DNA from: Octopus vulgaris
Lineage: Eukaryota
Length of the DNA: 64,000 bases
NCBI GenBank assembly: GCA_951406725.2
Contig: OX597815.1
Location: 138,694,001-138,758,000 of the forward strand
Direction: 5' to 3'
Below are positions 25,811 through 39,890 of the stretch, one piece after another (the first letter of the stretch is position 1; every line of letters starts with the position of its first letter). Below the pieces are notes generated by a model, which was not told the DNA's origin, did no database searches, and saw nothing but the letters and a program-made list of their open reading frames with translations. Position numbers and translations under genes: made by a program.

Positions 25811-26897
25811 GCAGGTATGTTTGGAAAGACGAAATGAGAAAAAGGATAAATTACTTTATACTTAAGGAAGGAGAGATGCTAACTGTGTTTGTTTCAACGA
25901 GCATTTTTTGCTTTACTCTTGGTGTGTGTGTGTGTGTGTGTTAATTTGGTTGTAGTTGTGTTTGTGATAATTGTAGTCATAGTGATGGTCTAGCTTCTAC
26001 TGGGTTTAATGAATTTTCATTGACGGCTCCTCCTCCATTTTATTCGTATCTCCGCTCAGCATTTTGTCCGACGTGCTATTGATTTAGCCACCTCACCGCC
26101 TTAATAATAATAAAATAGAAACAACAACAGCAACAACAACAAAATCATCAGCAGCAAAAACAAAAACAACGTCAACAAAAATGTTAAAGATTTAAAATTT
26201 TGGCAGAAGACCAGCAATTTTAGGTGGAACGTGTAAATCATTTACATCAACTCTCTAAAGATTTAATTAATCAATCGATAATTATGATAATGAAGATGAG
26301 GATAACATCAATTGTTTTTGAGACGGGGAGAATCCCTTTCTTCGAAACGAACAATTCTATGGCGAGTTGAACGCATGGAGTTCATTGCCATGTTGAAATA
26401 TCGTTTTACATATTTACCTAATATATCGATATTAGACTATCAAGGATATTTATTAATATAAAACGAAGGTTAAAAAGCTTGATGACTACGACCAAAACGG
26501 AGAATATCTTCGTGATAATTCTATCTTGGTTCACAGTATATTTATCAATTTCCGAATTTAATAAAACAATATTTGTTTTTTCTATTTTGTAATTCTTGGC
26601 AGATCGTATTTATATGAAACAAATATGAAATATATATATATATATATGAGTGGAGACAGTTTATTTGAAACTATCGAGATAGAAATTTGAATCCTAAAAG
26701 AATTATGAATTTGAGAGAAAACATCCAATATTCATTTAGCATGAAATAACTGCATAGGGATATTGAGAATTTTAAATTAAATTATTTCATATGTGGTGAA
26801 TATTCAACCATTTGTCATATTATTTCGTGAAATTATAAATATCGGTGGGATTCATAAACAGACTGTCAAGTGGAGAAATATATATGATGAAAAATTA

Positions 26898-26946
<49 letters not shown>

Positions 26947-27343
26947 GTGTGTGTGCGTGTCTGCGTGTCTCTGTATGTACTCAATAAATAACTAACAAAT
27001 AATGAAATTAAAAACAAAATCATTATTTAAGTTTAACGGAAATGAAAAGAATGAATTGATATAATAACTTTTGATTCTTTATTAATATATATGCGGAAAC
27101 GTTCGAGCAAAATAATGAAAAGCATTAAAACAATTTACTGAAATGCACAGTGTTTCAACTGAGTAAGTCGTTACAATTCATGTTTGATAGCTGAGTGATT
27201 GCCCGTTCAAATGCGACTTTCCTCCAGCTTCTCATAATTTGGAGTATGTGAATGGAGTTAAAATTCTAATTGACGTGCATGGAAAAGCGTGCGTTTAAAT
27301 ACAGAAAAAGATCTCTCGAAGTATATATGAAAATATATATCCT

Positions 27344-27421
<78 letters not shown>

Positions 27422-27433
27422 TATATGTGTGTG

Positions 27434-27583
27434 TGTGTGGTAAGTATCTTCCTTAAAAAGCGCATGGTTTCTGGTTCAGTCCCACTGCGTATCACCTTGG
27501 GTAGGTGTCTTCTACTATAGCCTCGGGTCCCGATCAAACCCTTGTGAGTGGATTTGGCAGACGGAAACAGAAAGAAGCCTGCC

Positions 27584-27586
<3 letters not shown>
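27434..27586 (+). mobile_element. Family B SINE 5' half
   Basis: tgtggtaag...ggttcagtcccactgcg...caccttggg...gacggaaacagaaagaagcc. Confidence 0.85.
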
Positions 27587-27622
<36 letters not shown>

Positions 27623-27739
27623 TATACCGTATACATATATACATACACACACATATATACATACACATTTATATATATAATGTCAATGTTCCTCAACCTA
27701 CCTATTTATGACATGAATTTTCACGAAGCAGATCGCTTA

Positions 27740-28800
27740 TGGTTGGTCCTGCACTCATTCTCAATCTCTTATCCAAGCAACTTCACAGATGTGTGAGGAC
27801 ACTTTTCACCAGTGCATGATTAAGACGCTCTCCAGCAAATCTCCTTCGCATAAATAGACATAGGCTCTCAAGAAAGGAAAAAATTCTTCATCAGTAATGT
27901 AAAAATTGTAAAACATAAGTCAATTACTTGAAATACTACCACCGATTGCATGAAAACCTACATCAACAATCACAGAAGAAGACTGCGGATATTCTGAAAA
28001 TCAAATACAACTCGAAAGTGTCCTATTCATTTGGCAACAAACATAAGGCCGCTGTCTCACCAAACGCTCCACAGATATATGAAAACAACGATTCCAAAGA
28101 AGAGCCTGACGTCTTGAGGAATCAATATTACACGGTCATTAGCAATCCTGCTGAGATTGATTTAGGCTCTTTCTATGGAATCAACTCAAAACAGATTCTC
28201 TTCCATATAATTTTCATTACCTCGCACACCAGTGCAGCAATAAATGAAACTAAAGATTACTGTGCAGTAGCCACTGATACATTCCTGTTGGTGTCCTACA
28301 AGAATGGAAGCATCCAGTTGCATTACTACTAATTAATCTGTGTAGGAAATAACTAGACGCAAGCTATATATATACTAAAATTTTCTTATATTAATCGATC
28401 GTCCAAGCCTACATATTAAAAAAAGAAGAGAAAAGTCTCTTAGAATTATCTATCACACAATATCACTGACATCACATTTTTTCAAGGAGTTTGAAATGGT
28501 GAGACCAAGTATAAATGGCTTCCTGCAAAGCAACAGTGCCCCAGATGCTACCCAGGAAACTACCAAACCTTTCTTCTACATTTCTTTGATGACTTCTTAA
28601 AATATTTGGAAGTGGACACAAACACTATTGTTATATATCCTGACTTCAGTAAGGCCCTCGACAGACACAGGCACATCACTTTACTGTTAAAATTTCAACA
28701 TTGGAATCATTGGAAAGCTACTGCACTGGATCAAGTACATCTCTCTGGCCAGAACCTAAAAAGAGCTCCAAAGCATTGCTTACAAGGCAAGCATCAACTA
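27740..28800 (+). mobile_element. Decayed CR1/L2-like LINE ORF2 fragment
   Basis: KIKYNSKVSYSFGNKH...DVLRNQYYTVISNP (linker) and IVIYPDFSKALD (RT motif, DFSKAFD-like). Confidence 0.7.
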
Positions 28801-29139
28801 CAAAATGAAGTCAAATGAAAGTGTAATATTGCTTAGTGAGAGGAAATAGGTTAACTAAATAAATATTTTCTTCCATATGTATAATCACAAGTTAAAATGG
28901 TTCATCATGGAAAACGGCATTTCATGATGATAATACTAATATGGCTGAAAGCATGTGTATGTGTGTTTATGTGTACATATTTACCACGGACTCAACGTCG
29001 TTAGACCACTATAAGGGTTCTGCAATTTCTTACTGAACAACAACATATGCGATTTGTTTACAATGATCACATGTTTGCGTTCACATAACTCCCTCCCTCC
29101 AAGCACATCGACATTACCTGTACAGGTGCACGCCGTACC

Positions 29140-29276
29140 ACATATCACATGACTAAATGATCGTAGAGCAACCTAAAATGAAGTATTTTGCTCAAGAACA
29201 CAACACGACACCCGGTCTGTGAATTGAAACCACTGTCTCGCGATCGTGAGCGTGATGCGCTAACCACTAAGCCATC
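29140..29276 (-). mobile_element. Family C SINE head fragment
   Basis: Minus strand ATGGCTTAGTGGTTAGCG...GGTTTCAATTC...TGTGTTCTTGAGCAAA. Confidence 0.65.
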
Positions 29277-29316
29277 TGTCACAGTATATATCTATCTAGT
29301 TATGCAGCCATTTATG

Positions 29317-29378
<62 letters not shown>

Positions 29379-30375
29379 CGCTTGCATACACTACCATATG
29401 TAAAGAATGTTATTGACCACGTATGGCTATGGTAGCCTTTGAGATGTAAACTTTAAAAGATATCACTCTTTACTTTATGCTGCTTGTAGGTTCCGTTACA
29501 TGCTCCTGTATTTAATGCGTGTTTCCTTATTGAAGTTCGAAGCAGTTATCAGTGTGAATCTCATCAAACAGATAGCCTGAACTTAGAACATATCACTCAT
29601 TCACATCCACTGATGATCACTGTAATCGACTTAGATAGCAGTGTGAAACACTTCGGTTATCTACTGAAACACAGTTGCATAGACACACATAGATAAAGAA
29701 CAAATATAACTCACACATACAGGTAGTAAGCATGTTTTCCAAATGATCCTCAGTTTCCTATTTCCTAGTGGTAACAACCAATAAATTTCCATTACCTTTT
29801 CCATAATTGGTGTTGTCACAATTAACATAATATTTCTCTCTTAGCCATATAACTTACCCATTAATATCAATAGCGTACTTGAAAAGGACTGCAACATAAC
29901 AAAAGAGATGCATATTTACTATGACTCTTTAGTTCATTACTCATTTAGATTTACTGTCCAAATATTTTATTTTCAATAAACGGAAAATAAATGGTAATTA
30001 ACCGTAAAAGTTCATAATAATATACCTGTCAAATTGATATATTCCAATATCTTGTAAGAGTTTGCAAATTCTATTATACCTTGAATATGGAAGAAATCTG
30101 TGATAATTATTGATAAATTTTATCTTTTACTGCAAATAAATATATTTTGTATGTCTGATTTTGCGTATACTTAAAACAAATGAACTACAATTTACATACT
30201 CAAAAAGAAATGAACTCTATAATATATAAAATTATCCTGAGCATATCACACAGAGACACCAAACAAAATACTTCAATTGTTTAATCGATAAAGACTAAGG
30301 TAGTGGTATAATATAATTAGTAAACAGAAATTGTCTAGGGTCGAGAAATAGATGTCACATTTATCACGAAGATCT

Positions 30376-30380
30376 AACTA

Positions 30381-30471
<91 letters not shown>

Positions 30472-30582
30472 GTCTGTCTGTCTATTTCTCTCTCTCTCTG
30501 TCTGTCTATCTGTCTGTCACTATGTGTATGTGTGTGTGTATGTGTGTGTGTGTGCATGTGTGTGTATGTGCGTGCATGTGTA
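30376..30582. repeat. (TCTA)n/(TCTG)n/(TG)n compound microsatellite
   Basis: Directly visible. Confidence 0.95.
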
Positions 30583-31007
30583 TAGGAGAATCTTTGATAA
30601 ATAAAAGTTTGTATCATTATTTCATACGTGCGTTTCACCGTTATAGTGGCTTGCAACTCTGCAGTGGTTGTTTCAAGCACGATAATCAGAATGGATCATA
30701 AGGAATACTTTATTGCATTAAGTTAAAAGAACATAAGGCTACATTATAAATGTATATATATAGATATGTATGTTTGGAGAAGGGGTGTGTTAACATACAT
30801 TCATAAAACAAGTTTTTGTTAAGACACGTATGTGTATACATATTTACACATTTATAATATATATAGATACACGGAAAAGCGTTCGCTATGATACTGTCTC
30901 AGAGAAACTCCAATAGATGTTTTCTGTTAGAAACTCCAGTCCTCACCGATTAATTTCTACACATGATGTTCCGACCTCTCTTAGTCTTCTCAGGGTCGTA
31001 TATCTCT

Positions 31008-31208
31008 ATTTACTCTAGGCACAATGGCCCGAAATTTTGTGGGGAGGGACCAGTCGATTTGATCGACCCGAGTACGCAACTGGTACTTAATTTATGGACC
31101 CCGAAAGGATGAAAGGCAAAGTGGACCGCGGCGGAATCTGAACTCAGAACGTAAAACAGCCTAAATACTGCTGAACATTTCGCCCGGCTAAACGTTTCTG
31201 CCAGCGAC
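31008..31208 (-). mobile_element. Family A SINE
   Basis: ctaggcacaatggcccgaaattttg...ctggtacttaatttatggaccccgaaaggatgaaaggcaaagt...gaactcagaacg. Confidence 0.88.
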
Positions 31209-32601
31209 GTATATCGCATGCGTTCTGAGCTTAGCATAAATACGCTTGATCCGGAGGACAATCGGCTGCAAGCATTTCGGGAAAGTTTCCCGTTTGAAAA
31301 GTCCTTAATTTCTCCCACCAGTTATGGACACATCTTGACTAATCAATAAAATATGATTGAAAACGCACACAGACACAGACACACAGACACACAGACACAC
31401 AGACACACAGACACACAGACACACAGACACAAAACACACACACATACACACACACAAACACACATTCAAACGCACATATAAATATATTTATGTTTACATA
31501 CATGTGCACAATGAGGTATTCTTAAATGAGTTCAAGTGCAATCGCATAATATTGGTTATTTACCATCATACTTTACAAATATACGTTTGTATGTGTGTGT
31601 GTGCGTGCGTACGTATGTGTGCGTGTATGTGTATGAGTGTGTATATGTATGTGTGTGTTAGTCAACGTATGCATATTTCATCTGTGTAAATAATATATAG
31701 AAATATGTTTGTGTGGACAAGCATGTATTAGCATCGCGTATTTTGGCAAATGGAAAGACACACCATTATTTTCATCGCACAAAGCAACAAACGCTAAAAT
31801 AGTTGCAACTGGTTGAATGTCAGTCGGGGAATCTATCCAGAAAAAAAAGAAGAAGATAACAAATCAATAATGTGGTTACAAACAATAGTCACTTTTATCG
31901 CAAGAAATTTTATAGCCAAATTGCTATGGAAAAGCACATTGTAATTCCTCTCTAAACGGCTGAAAATGTTCGATAAGGATTTAATAATAAAATATTTGGG
32001 CACTTGATGAAAGGAAGGATGCATCAAGAAAAATGAAACTGATAGCATTAATCATATATAATAAAAGGTAGTAAAAAATAACTGTGATGCAATGTTTTTT
32101 TCTTCAGATAAGCGTTTAGTGTTGTGAGCAATGTGTAGGTTTTGTTATATTCTTTAGTAAAGTGTCCTGAAATATATAATTTCTTTATTCAATTATGTAT
32201 GATGTTTGAATAAAGAAGTAAAGTATTTTTCACATTTACTGTTTATGTTTTCGCCATTCAACTACAAATATCACCATATCACACCTGCTTTGCCACGCAT
32301 ATACCGAAACAACACGTTCATACATACATATAAATATAAACGTGTATATGCGTTTAAATTTACGAAAGCTCATGCGCAGCGAACGTGGTTGTATGTATGT
32401 TCAAATTCAACTTTTGTTTTCATAATAATAAATTTCATATGAATAAATATAACAAATTAATATCTGTTAAAGGCAAATATTTACACAAATGTTGGGCCGC
32501 TCTTCTTGATGCTGATGTAGACAGATTAATAAGACTGACAGTCATAAATACACACACATTCACAAAACTTCACACAATGGCACACATATACATTTACATG
32601 G

Positions 32602-32638
<37 letters not shown>

Positions 32639-34150
32639 AACAAACACACTCACTGAATTCTCCCGTCGACTTCAATGTATAAGAGTTAACAGCCAATATT
32701 ATCGCTGTTAGACTGTCCACACAGGGGTTTGTTTTCAGCAGTGAAGGCTTTTGTAGAGCCAGACACACGTTTTGGAAATATTGAAAGCTGCCATTTAGTG
32801 CAAATGTTCGACACAAACTTAATAAACAACATATTTCAGGCTTTTCTGCTGCAGTCCGCAATCGTCTACGGTTTAGAATCCAACTTATGTTCTATGTTCG
32901 TAGGCAAAATTCGCATATGGGTAGCAAACCAGAAATTTCTAAGTCCTGGTGCAACAAAGGCGAGGAAAAAAAAAAAAGCAAAGACAGTGCATTAGGTTTA
33001 CAATCAGAGGAGAGAACAAAGGAGAAGGAAATGTCTTTTTGTGTTTCGAGCATACGCTCTTCTTCCTAAGGAGTAGACAAGGAGAGATAAAATGGAGAAA
33101 GAGAAGACATCGGCATGTGTCGGAGGGTCACAACATGCTGAAGTGACCGAAAAAGGTTAAAAAGTCACCTTTAGGCGTGAGTAGCAAATAGAAAAACAGT
33201 GAACCGAGAATATGGGCGTGTGTGCATTTGCATGTGTGCTTAAATATACTGGGTGCGCGTGTGATGTATGTGCTTTCAAGAGTGTGTGTATGCGTGAGTA
33301 TCTGTCTTTGTTTTCCGATTACGTTTATGTGTGTATGAGGATGATGGCAGTACGATCCTGTTTACACTCAAATTCTCCTTCTCTTGGATTACGTCATCCT
33401 CTCTTTGACTAACTCATCCCCACGTGGTCTATCGCCACCTATCAAGGACTACCTTACCACGGGATTGGATTACCACCTTTCTGTATTGCATCGTATTATG
33501 CCCTGTTGTTGATATATAAGAATATATGTATGTGTGTGCATATATATATATATACTATACGCAGGCACATACACATGTGTATGCTTGAGGAATTACACAT
33601 TTCTAGTTTGATACCTTGAGGCACACCGAGATACATATATATCACGCAACTGGATATTCAACCAGTCATTGACGGATCTTATATGCTATCTTTGCGGTTA
33701 TTGAAAAACCCAATCTATTGTCCAAACAGGCACAATGGTGTTGCTGTTTTAGAAGCCGATGGCTCGACCAAGCAGGAGATTGTACTGGATTACATGTTAC
33801 CGTTAGCGCTCTTTGGCAAACTCACACATGCATACACAGCAATTAAAACAAACAAAACCTGTATTAGCCATTCAAAACCACGCAAAATCTTTACTTCGAT
33901 ATTATTACTTGGTGTTAAAATTTTCCACTACAATGGAACTCTCTCAGTGTAGGAAACGCAACGAAAATGTTAGCACGAAATAATAAATGTTTAAGTAAAA
34001 TTAACAGTTTTTGAACGATTATTATATCTTACACAGTTTGTTTTGGTTTCAACACACGGTCTCAGATAAAATCGCGACAGACAAGGAAACACGCGAATTA
34101 CGGACACGCACGCACAGACACACACAAACACACCTACACACGTACACACA

Positions 34151-34219
<69 letters not shown>

Positions 34220-36194
34220 TTAACCATGTACATTATCGGATAGGAAATCAGAAAATATATTTGAGCCCCTGAAGACGAAATTTGAAGCTATTTTCAAGAC
34301 CCTAATTGAGTATAGTTTTTCTATCAGTCCTTTCACATTTAGTTCGCGAACATAATTAGAAATATAACCGTGATCTGATTTGTAATATACCCCATTCGAC
34401 CCTCGGTAATAAGAAACAAACAACTCCACATGAGTACGCAGAACGTAAATAGACTGTTTGTAAGGAAGTGGACATGTGATTATGACTGTCGTCACCACCT
34501 TTCATATGATGATATTGGGAGATATAATGTAAGCGTTGGCCAGGCATCCTGTAGCTCGGTATGATATAGCTCAATTAATACCTTGGGGGAAAATAGAATC
34601 TAGCACTGATGTAGAATGCTCTAGGATATGGAAAAGGAGAATGTTAAGATGATTATTTTGGATATATAAAATATGCTTCAAAAAGGATTTTGATTTTTCA
34701 TACATTTATTTTACAGTGTAGGTAACAATTTGAAAGATATAGAAGAGGTATAAGAGTATACTTTGAAAGTCAAAATGTTTAGAAACCTTAGCCAACGCAA
34801 TTTCGAAAATATCTACAATGAAGTCCACAATCAAAAGCAATAAGACGTAAGGTATTTCTGTATAGTCACTTAAACTTTAGAAATCGCAGGCTATTGTCGT
34901 AAAAGAGGAAGAACATTGGATAACTTTGACATACATTATCTGCAACAGTTGCTTGGCTAAATAACGACTGCAACTACTAAAATCACAATACAGACAAATA
35001 CAGTAATTATTATGATATACAAGCAAATATGAATATATGATACATTTTGAGACTCATTAAACCAACGAAGAAACTAGACGTAGTGTTCTAAAACTTTATA
35101 AATCTCTCCAACTTTAAAACAACCGAAATATTGCCACCAAATTTTAATACCTTGCCCATCATCGTGCAAGTACACAGCATCTACAAAGGGACATACCTCC
35201 TGATGCTGTAATAATTAATAACAATCCTAATTTTAATGTAGAAAGAGTAAATAAATGGACAGTGCAGATGAGAATATAACAAAAGTCATATCCATACCAG
35301 TTTATTGAAAATATCCTCTGAAGTGTACTATTACTGGAGACATTTGACAGTCTTTCACATGTTCTGTGAAGCAAAAACTGAGAGAAATGTGCTGTATTTC
35401 TAACAGAAGTGAGGAACGACAATTAATGGAAATTATATTGTACTAGGTCACCTAAAAATATTTCAAATGCAAAATCTGTATGTGTTATTCTTCCAAATCA
35501 AGCAAATTACAATGTTACAAAACATATGTTATACTAAACTTAGAGAATGTATCTGAACACGGGAGCCCAACTAGGGAAGATATTACTGAACTACAAAGAA
35601 AAGAAAGAAAACGCCGCACAATGAGTATCTGTGTTTGTAGGTGAAAACGCAATTTGCAGCAAAAGCCAAAAGTTGGGGTTTATGACTGTTAGCAAACGGG
35701 TACTAGAAAATCTCATATTCAGAAGTGGTAGAGGTTATTAGACGAACATTAATTTTGTAAGCAGTAACAATTGATGATGTTATCTGAAAACAATTAAGTG
35801 TTCGATTAATGGAATTCTCGAATCTGTTTTATTCCGTTTGATTCGATTTCATTTACAGCGCTTATAGATTCCGAAAATATCTGTATATCAAACCGTCCTT
35901 AATATTCCTTTAAAGAATATATGAGTTGTATTCCTTGTGAAAGGTAAACATTTAATATTTAACCGATGAAGCGTAAAATTGGTAGGGTATCGGAAAATAT
36001 AATTTGCCATTACATAATGCTCTATGTTCTGAGTTCAAATCCCTCCCAAGCCTACTTTACTACTCACCCTTCCGAAGTCAATTACAGGAGCCATGTAATA
36101 GGTTATAACCTTGAAGGTAGTGTCCTAGTATAGTCAGTAACTAATTCGGGAAACTAGTAAAAGAATAAAGCAAGGGGATATTAAACGCAACTCA

Positions 36195-36403
36195 GGCGGT
36201 GAGCTGGCATATCGTTAGCACACCGAGCAAAATGCTTAGCAGCATTTCCTCCGTTTTTACGTTCCAAGTTCAAATTCCACCGATATCGATTTTTCCTTTC
36301 AGGATCGATAAGGTAAGTGCCAATTGAACACTAGGGTCGATGTGATCGACTTACCCACTTCCTCAGAATTGCTGGCGTTATGCCAACATTGGAAATCAGT
36401 ATT
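36195..36403 (+). mobile_element. Family A SINE
   Basis: ggcggtgagctggcatatcgttagcac...gttcaaattcc. Confidence 0.75.
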
Positions 36404-36450
36404 AAACCCAACTAAAGCCATAATTATGTAAAACCAATACCTAGAAGATA

Positions 36451-36626
36451 TTGGTTTCAAATTTTTGCACCATGCCAGCAACTTCGGGTTAAGTCGATTA
36501 CATCGACCCAGAACCCAAATGGTACTTATTCTATTGATCCCGAAAGAATGAAAGGTAAAGTCGACTGAGCAAAATGCCGCTGAGCATTTTGCTCGGCGTG
36601 CTTACGATTCTGCCAATACCCCTTAA
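36451..36626 (-). mobile_element. Family A SINE, tail-to-tail with the preceding copy
   Basis: gtcgattacatcgaccc...ggtacttatt...cgaaagaatgaaaggtaaagtcgac...gctcggcgtgct. Confidence 0.7.
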
Positions 36627-37344
36627 TAGCAAGTAGATATTGGGATCATTAACTCAATGAAGAGATAAAGAAATAATTTTCAAAAATCAACACAGTTGTT
36701 TCTCATCAGCATAATTACAAAATGAAATCTGTTTCGTATTCCATAGTATTTCTAAACCTATGTCAGCAATTCTAAGTTTCTTTTTGAATTAGCCTGTCAT
36801 TTTATTTAAATATATATTCTTATATAATCTTTATGAGTAATATACCATTGGAGTGAAAAAAAAGGAAGCCATCTGTAAATCTTCAAATATGGTGTCTAAA
36901 ATAATTCTGCTCTTAAACATCATGAAACTTTTCTTATATAAAGTTCATCGACATTGAAAACATAAATAGCCTGTAAGATGAAAGCAAATTGATTGTAAGC
37001 AGTATTAAATTCTCTTTTATATTATTATCTATGAAGAATGAATAAGATAATAGAGTTTCCGAACAACATATTATCACCGGTGAAAGTCATAAAAAGATTT
37101 TCTATTATATCCTAAGTACAATACAATTATCTGCAACGGTCAGCGAAACGAAGATATATATGGTTTAGGTTATAATAAAGAATCATCACAAACATAAGAG
37201 CATTAGAGAAAAATAGGATATTTATTGCTGATGTAGATTTGATAAACAACTGTATCATGTTGAATGAGAAACGTTGTGCTGAAGAATCAGCATATACACA
37301 ATATATCTGAATATATTGTACATATAGTGTGTAGGTCGATACCT

Positions 37345-37593
37345 ATCCCTCTCTCTCTGTCTGTCTGTCTCTATCTATCTACCTACTTACCTACCTACAT
37401 ATCTATCTACCTACCTACCTACCTACCTACCTACCTACCTACCTACCAACCTACCTACCTACCTTCTTACCTACCTGACTGCCTGCCTACCTACCCAAAC
37501 CTACCTACCTACCTACCTGATTGACTGCCTACCTACCTACCTACCTCCCAACTACCTACCTACCTACCTACATACCCACCTACCCATCTACCC

Positions 37594-37649
<56 letters not shown>

Positions 37650-37650
37650 C
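37345..37650. repeat. (CTAC)n/(CTAT)n microsatellite
   Basis: Directly visible. Confidence 0.95.
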
Positions 37651-39238
37651 TGATGTGAAAGGACTGTAGACAGATCGACTCCAAGTAAGTTGTATTTTTG
37701 TGTAGAAAAACTGTTCGTTTGTTGAATATTTTAACACCTTCTTCAAACTCAGTAAATAGGAAATTCCCCCAGTGGTTGAATTTCTTCGGTTTTTTTTTGC
37801 ATCGTCGAAATAGAAATGGGTAAATCAAACCAGGAAGCATCGACTTCTCGCCTCTACCAAAGTTGGAGGTGAGGGAAGCTGAAAAGAAAGTCGTTCCGCT
37901 TTAACGCACACCCAGTCTGGCCGTAGAAGGTACAAACCAAGAAATAAAGACAACGCTTACTGTTACAAACACTGTCTCCACCACTACCGCCATCGCCACC
38001 ACAACCAGCACGAGTACTCAAAGCAATTTTGTCGCAGCTTTAAAGCTGAAGAAGAGAATTATGTCCTTTTCGGATTGACTGCTTTCTTGTAAGGTAATGT
38101 TTAAAAAGAACGAACACATCATATAACTGCAAGCACCACAAAAACATCACCGAAGAAATTTTAAAAAAAATAACAATCATTTACAAGACACTCAACCTAA
38201 GAACAAAACTTAACGAAATTGTCTCCCAAGAAACAGTATAAAAATGTTTAAGGCCCATATGGACCTCTAAAAACTACATCAGCAGGGGAAAAATTTGCTA
38301 CGATCAAAGTTAGATTCGACTGAAGAACGAGCCAAGGACCTCTCCACAAAGTCTTTTGAATGCGAGAACTTAATGATGATTCCTACATACCTTGGTCGTA
38401 GGGTCACAAAATTCAATGCCTCCTGAAATAGAAATAAAATGGCTTGTGTCTGCCATTTGTTACGATATCCGGGAGAAAATCCATATCTTGGATATCGCTG
38501 TCCTGGACCAGCAAAATTGGATTGGTCAAGGAGTGGAATTCCTCGATCAAGTTGATCCAATCGACATTCAAAGGATTCGACATTTAATCAAACTGGCAGA
38601 CGATTCTAATTTGCATGTGACCGTCGAAGGCAGAAAGCCACGTTGCTACGTTTGTGGTAGCAAATCACACCTGAAAATCAATTGACCGCTAGCACAGAAA
38701 CAACAACAGCAACAACAAGATCAAGAGCAACAACACCAACCACAACCAGAAAACTAAAAACCAAGATAAAAGTCAGCACTGCTACCCACACTGCCATGTG
38801 CACAACTGATAAAACTGCTCTACAAACAAATGAAGGAACATCAGCAATCAACAAGCCAGCCCAGCCAAATGACACCACCATGAGCGCTACCAAGAACAGA
38901 AACAACACCATCACCACCAACAACAACAATAACTCCAAGGGAAGCAGAGAAAATCAAAAGGACTCATACCACAAACCCTCAAAACCCATACACTGCATGC
39001 CAACTCTTACCAACCAGCACCAACACCAACAACAAAATTAACACACTCAGCAATAGACACTAATATCCTTCCCTCCCACCTTCTGATTCCTCCGACTTGT
39101 CAGATGAAGATGACACAGAGGATTGGCAAGTGGCAATAGGGGGAGGGAGAAAATGGAGAAAAAAGAATAGAGAAGCAGACAAATAAAGCAGGGAGAATTA
39201 CCACTCCCGAACCCGAAAACTAAAAGAAGCTCGTCGGA
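37650..39238 (+). mobile_element. Decayed L1/Tx1-type ORF1 (gag-like, CCHC knuckle) remnant
   Basis: MIPTYLGRRVTK / PPEIEIKWLVSAI...LHVTVEGRKPRCYVCGSKSHLKIN* (C-x2-C-x4-H-x4, with TGA at the last Cys), then a Thr-rich low-complexity tail. Confidence 0.65.
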
Positions 39239-39264
39239 TATATATATATATATATATATATATC

Positions 39265-39429
39265 GGCGCAGGAGCGGGTGTGTGGTAAGAAGCTTGATTC
39301 TCAACCATATATTTCCGGGTTCAGTCCTTCTGCGTGCAACCTTGGTTAAGTTTCTTCTATTATAGCCTCGAATCGACCAAACCCTTGCGAGTGGGTTTGG
39401 TAGACGGAAACTGAAAGAAACTCGTCGTA
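39265..39429 (+). mobile_element. Family B SINE 5' half
   Basis: ggcgcaggagcgggtgtgtggtaagaagcttg...ccgggttcagtcc...gtagacggaaactgaaagaaactcgtcg. Confidence 0.88.
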
Positions 39430-39605
39430 TATGTATATATATATAACGTAAAGTATACTAGCCATTTCAATATGGCTAACCACTAAGGGTGGCTGTTACT
39501 GTAGCTTTTAGCCCCAAAAGATCATCATCTCCAGCTGGCTTTAGCCACACTTTCTGTGCCCTTATGGTATTTGCAAAGGGAGGTCATCCCTCTCTCGTAA
39601 ACCTA

Positions 39606-39666
39606 AGTGATACGCACGGACTGCAGTTTCAAGGTATTTGCCTCTTGTCAACGTACGGCAATCACC
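39606..39666 (-). ncRNA. Type I hammerhead ribozyme, U3-A8 variant (copy 1)
   Basis: GGUGAU UGC CGUACG UUGACAA GAGG CAAAUA CCUU GAAA C UGCA G UC CGUGCG U AUCACU: 6-bp stem I, internal loop and distal stem, stem II, palindromic ACUGCAGU stem III, GUC site. Confidence 0.82.
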
Positions 39667-39890
39667 GGTTTTTGATGAAGGGAGACCTGTTTGCAAATAT
39701 CTATTTAATGTTTTTCCCAGTAACTTCCGTCACTGATTTCGAAAAACTGTCTGCAAGCAATAATAAATCTCTGAACGAGATGTAAACAGTAACCGCTCGA
39801 CAACGTAAAGTATACTAGCCATCTCAATATGGCTAACCACTAAGGGTGGGTGTCACTGGAGCTTTTAGCCCCAGGAGATCATCGTCTCCA

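Noticed and set aside
35150-35430. 87-aa minus ORF and AG/GT-bounded mini-exons
   Set aside because: No recognisable domain and exon phases do not join consistently
39479-39545. Pistol or twister ribozyme reading of the shared domain (also 52285-52350)
   Set aside because: The topology is loosely pistol-like, but the AAAUA linker, GCG and consistent GU site are missing, and twister motifs are absent; kept only as an unnamed domain
39672-39692. TTGATGA-AGG-GAGA-CCT as a second, plus-strand hammerhead
   Set aside because: Followed by GTTT rather than GAAA; better explained as one arm of the rod hairpin
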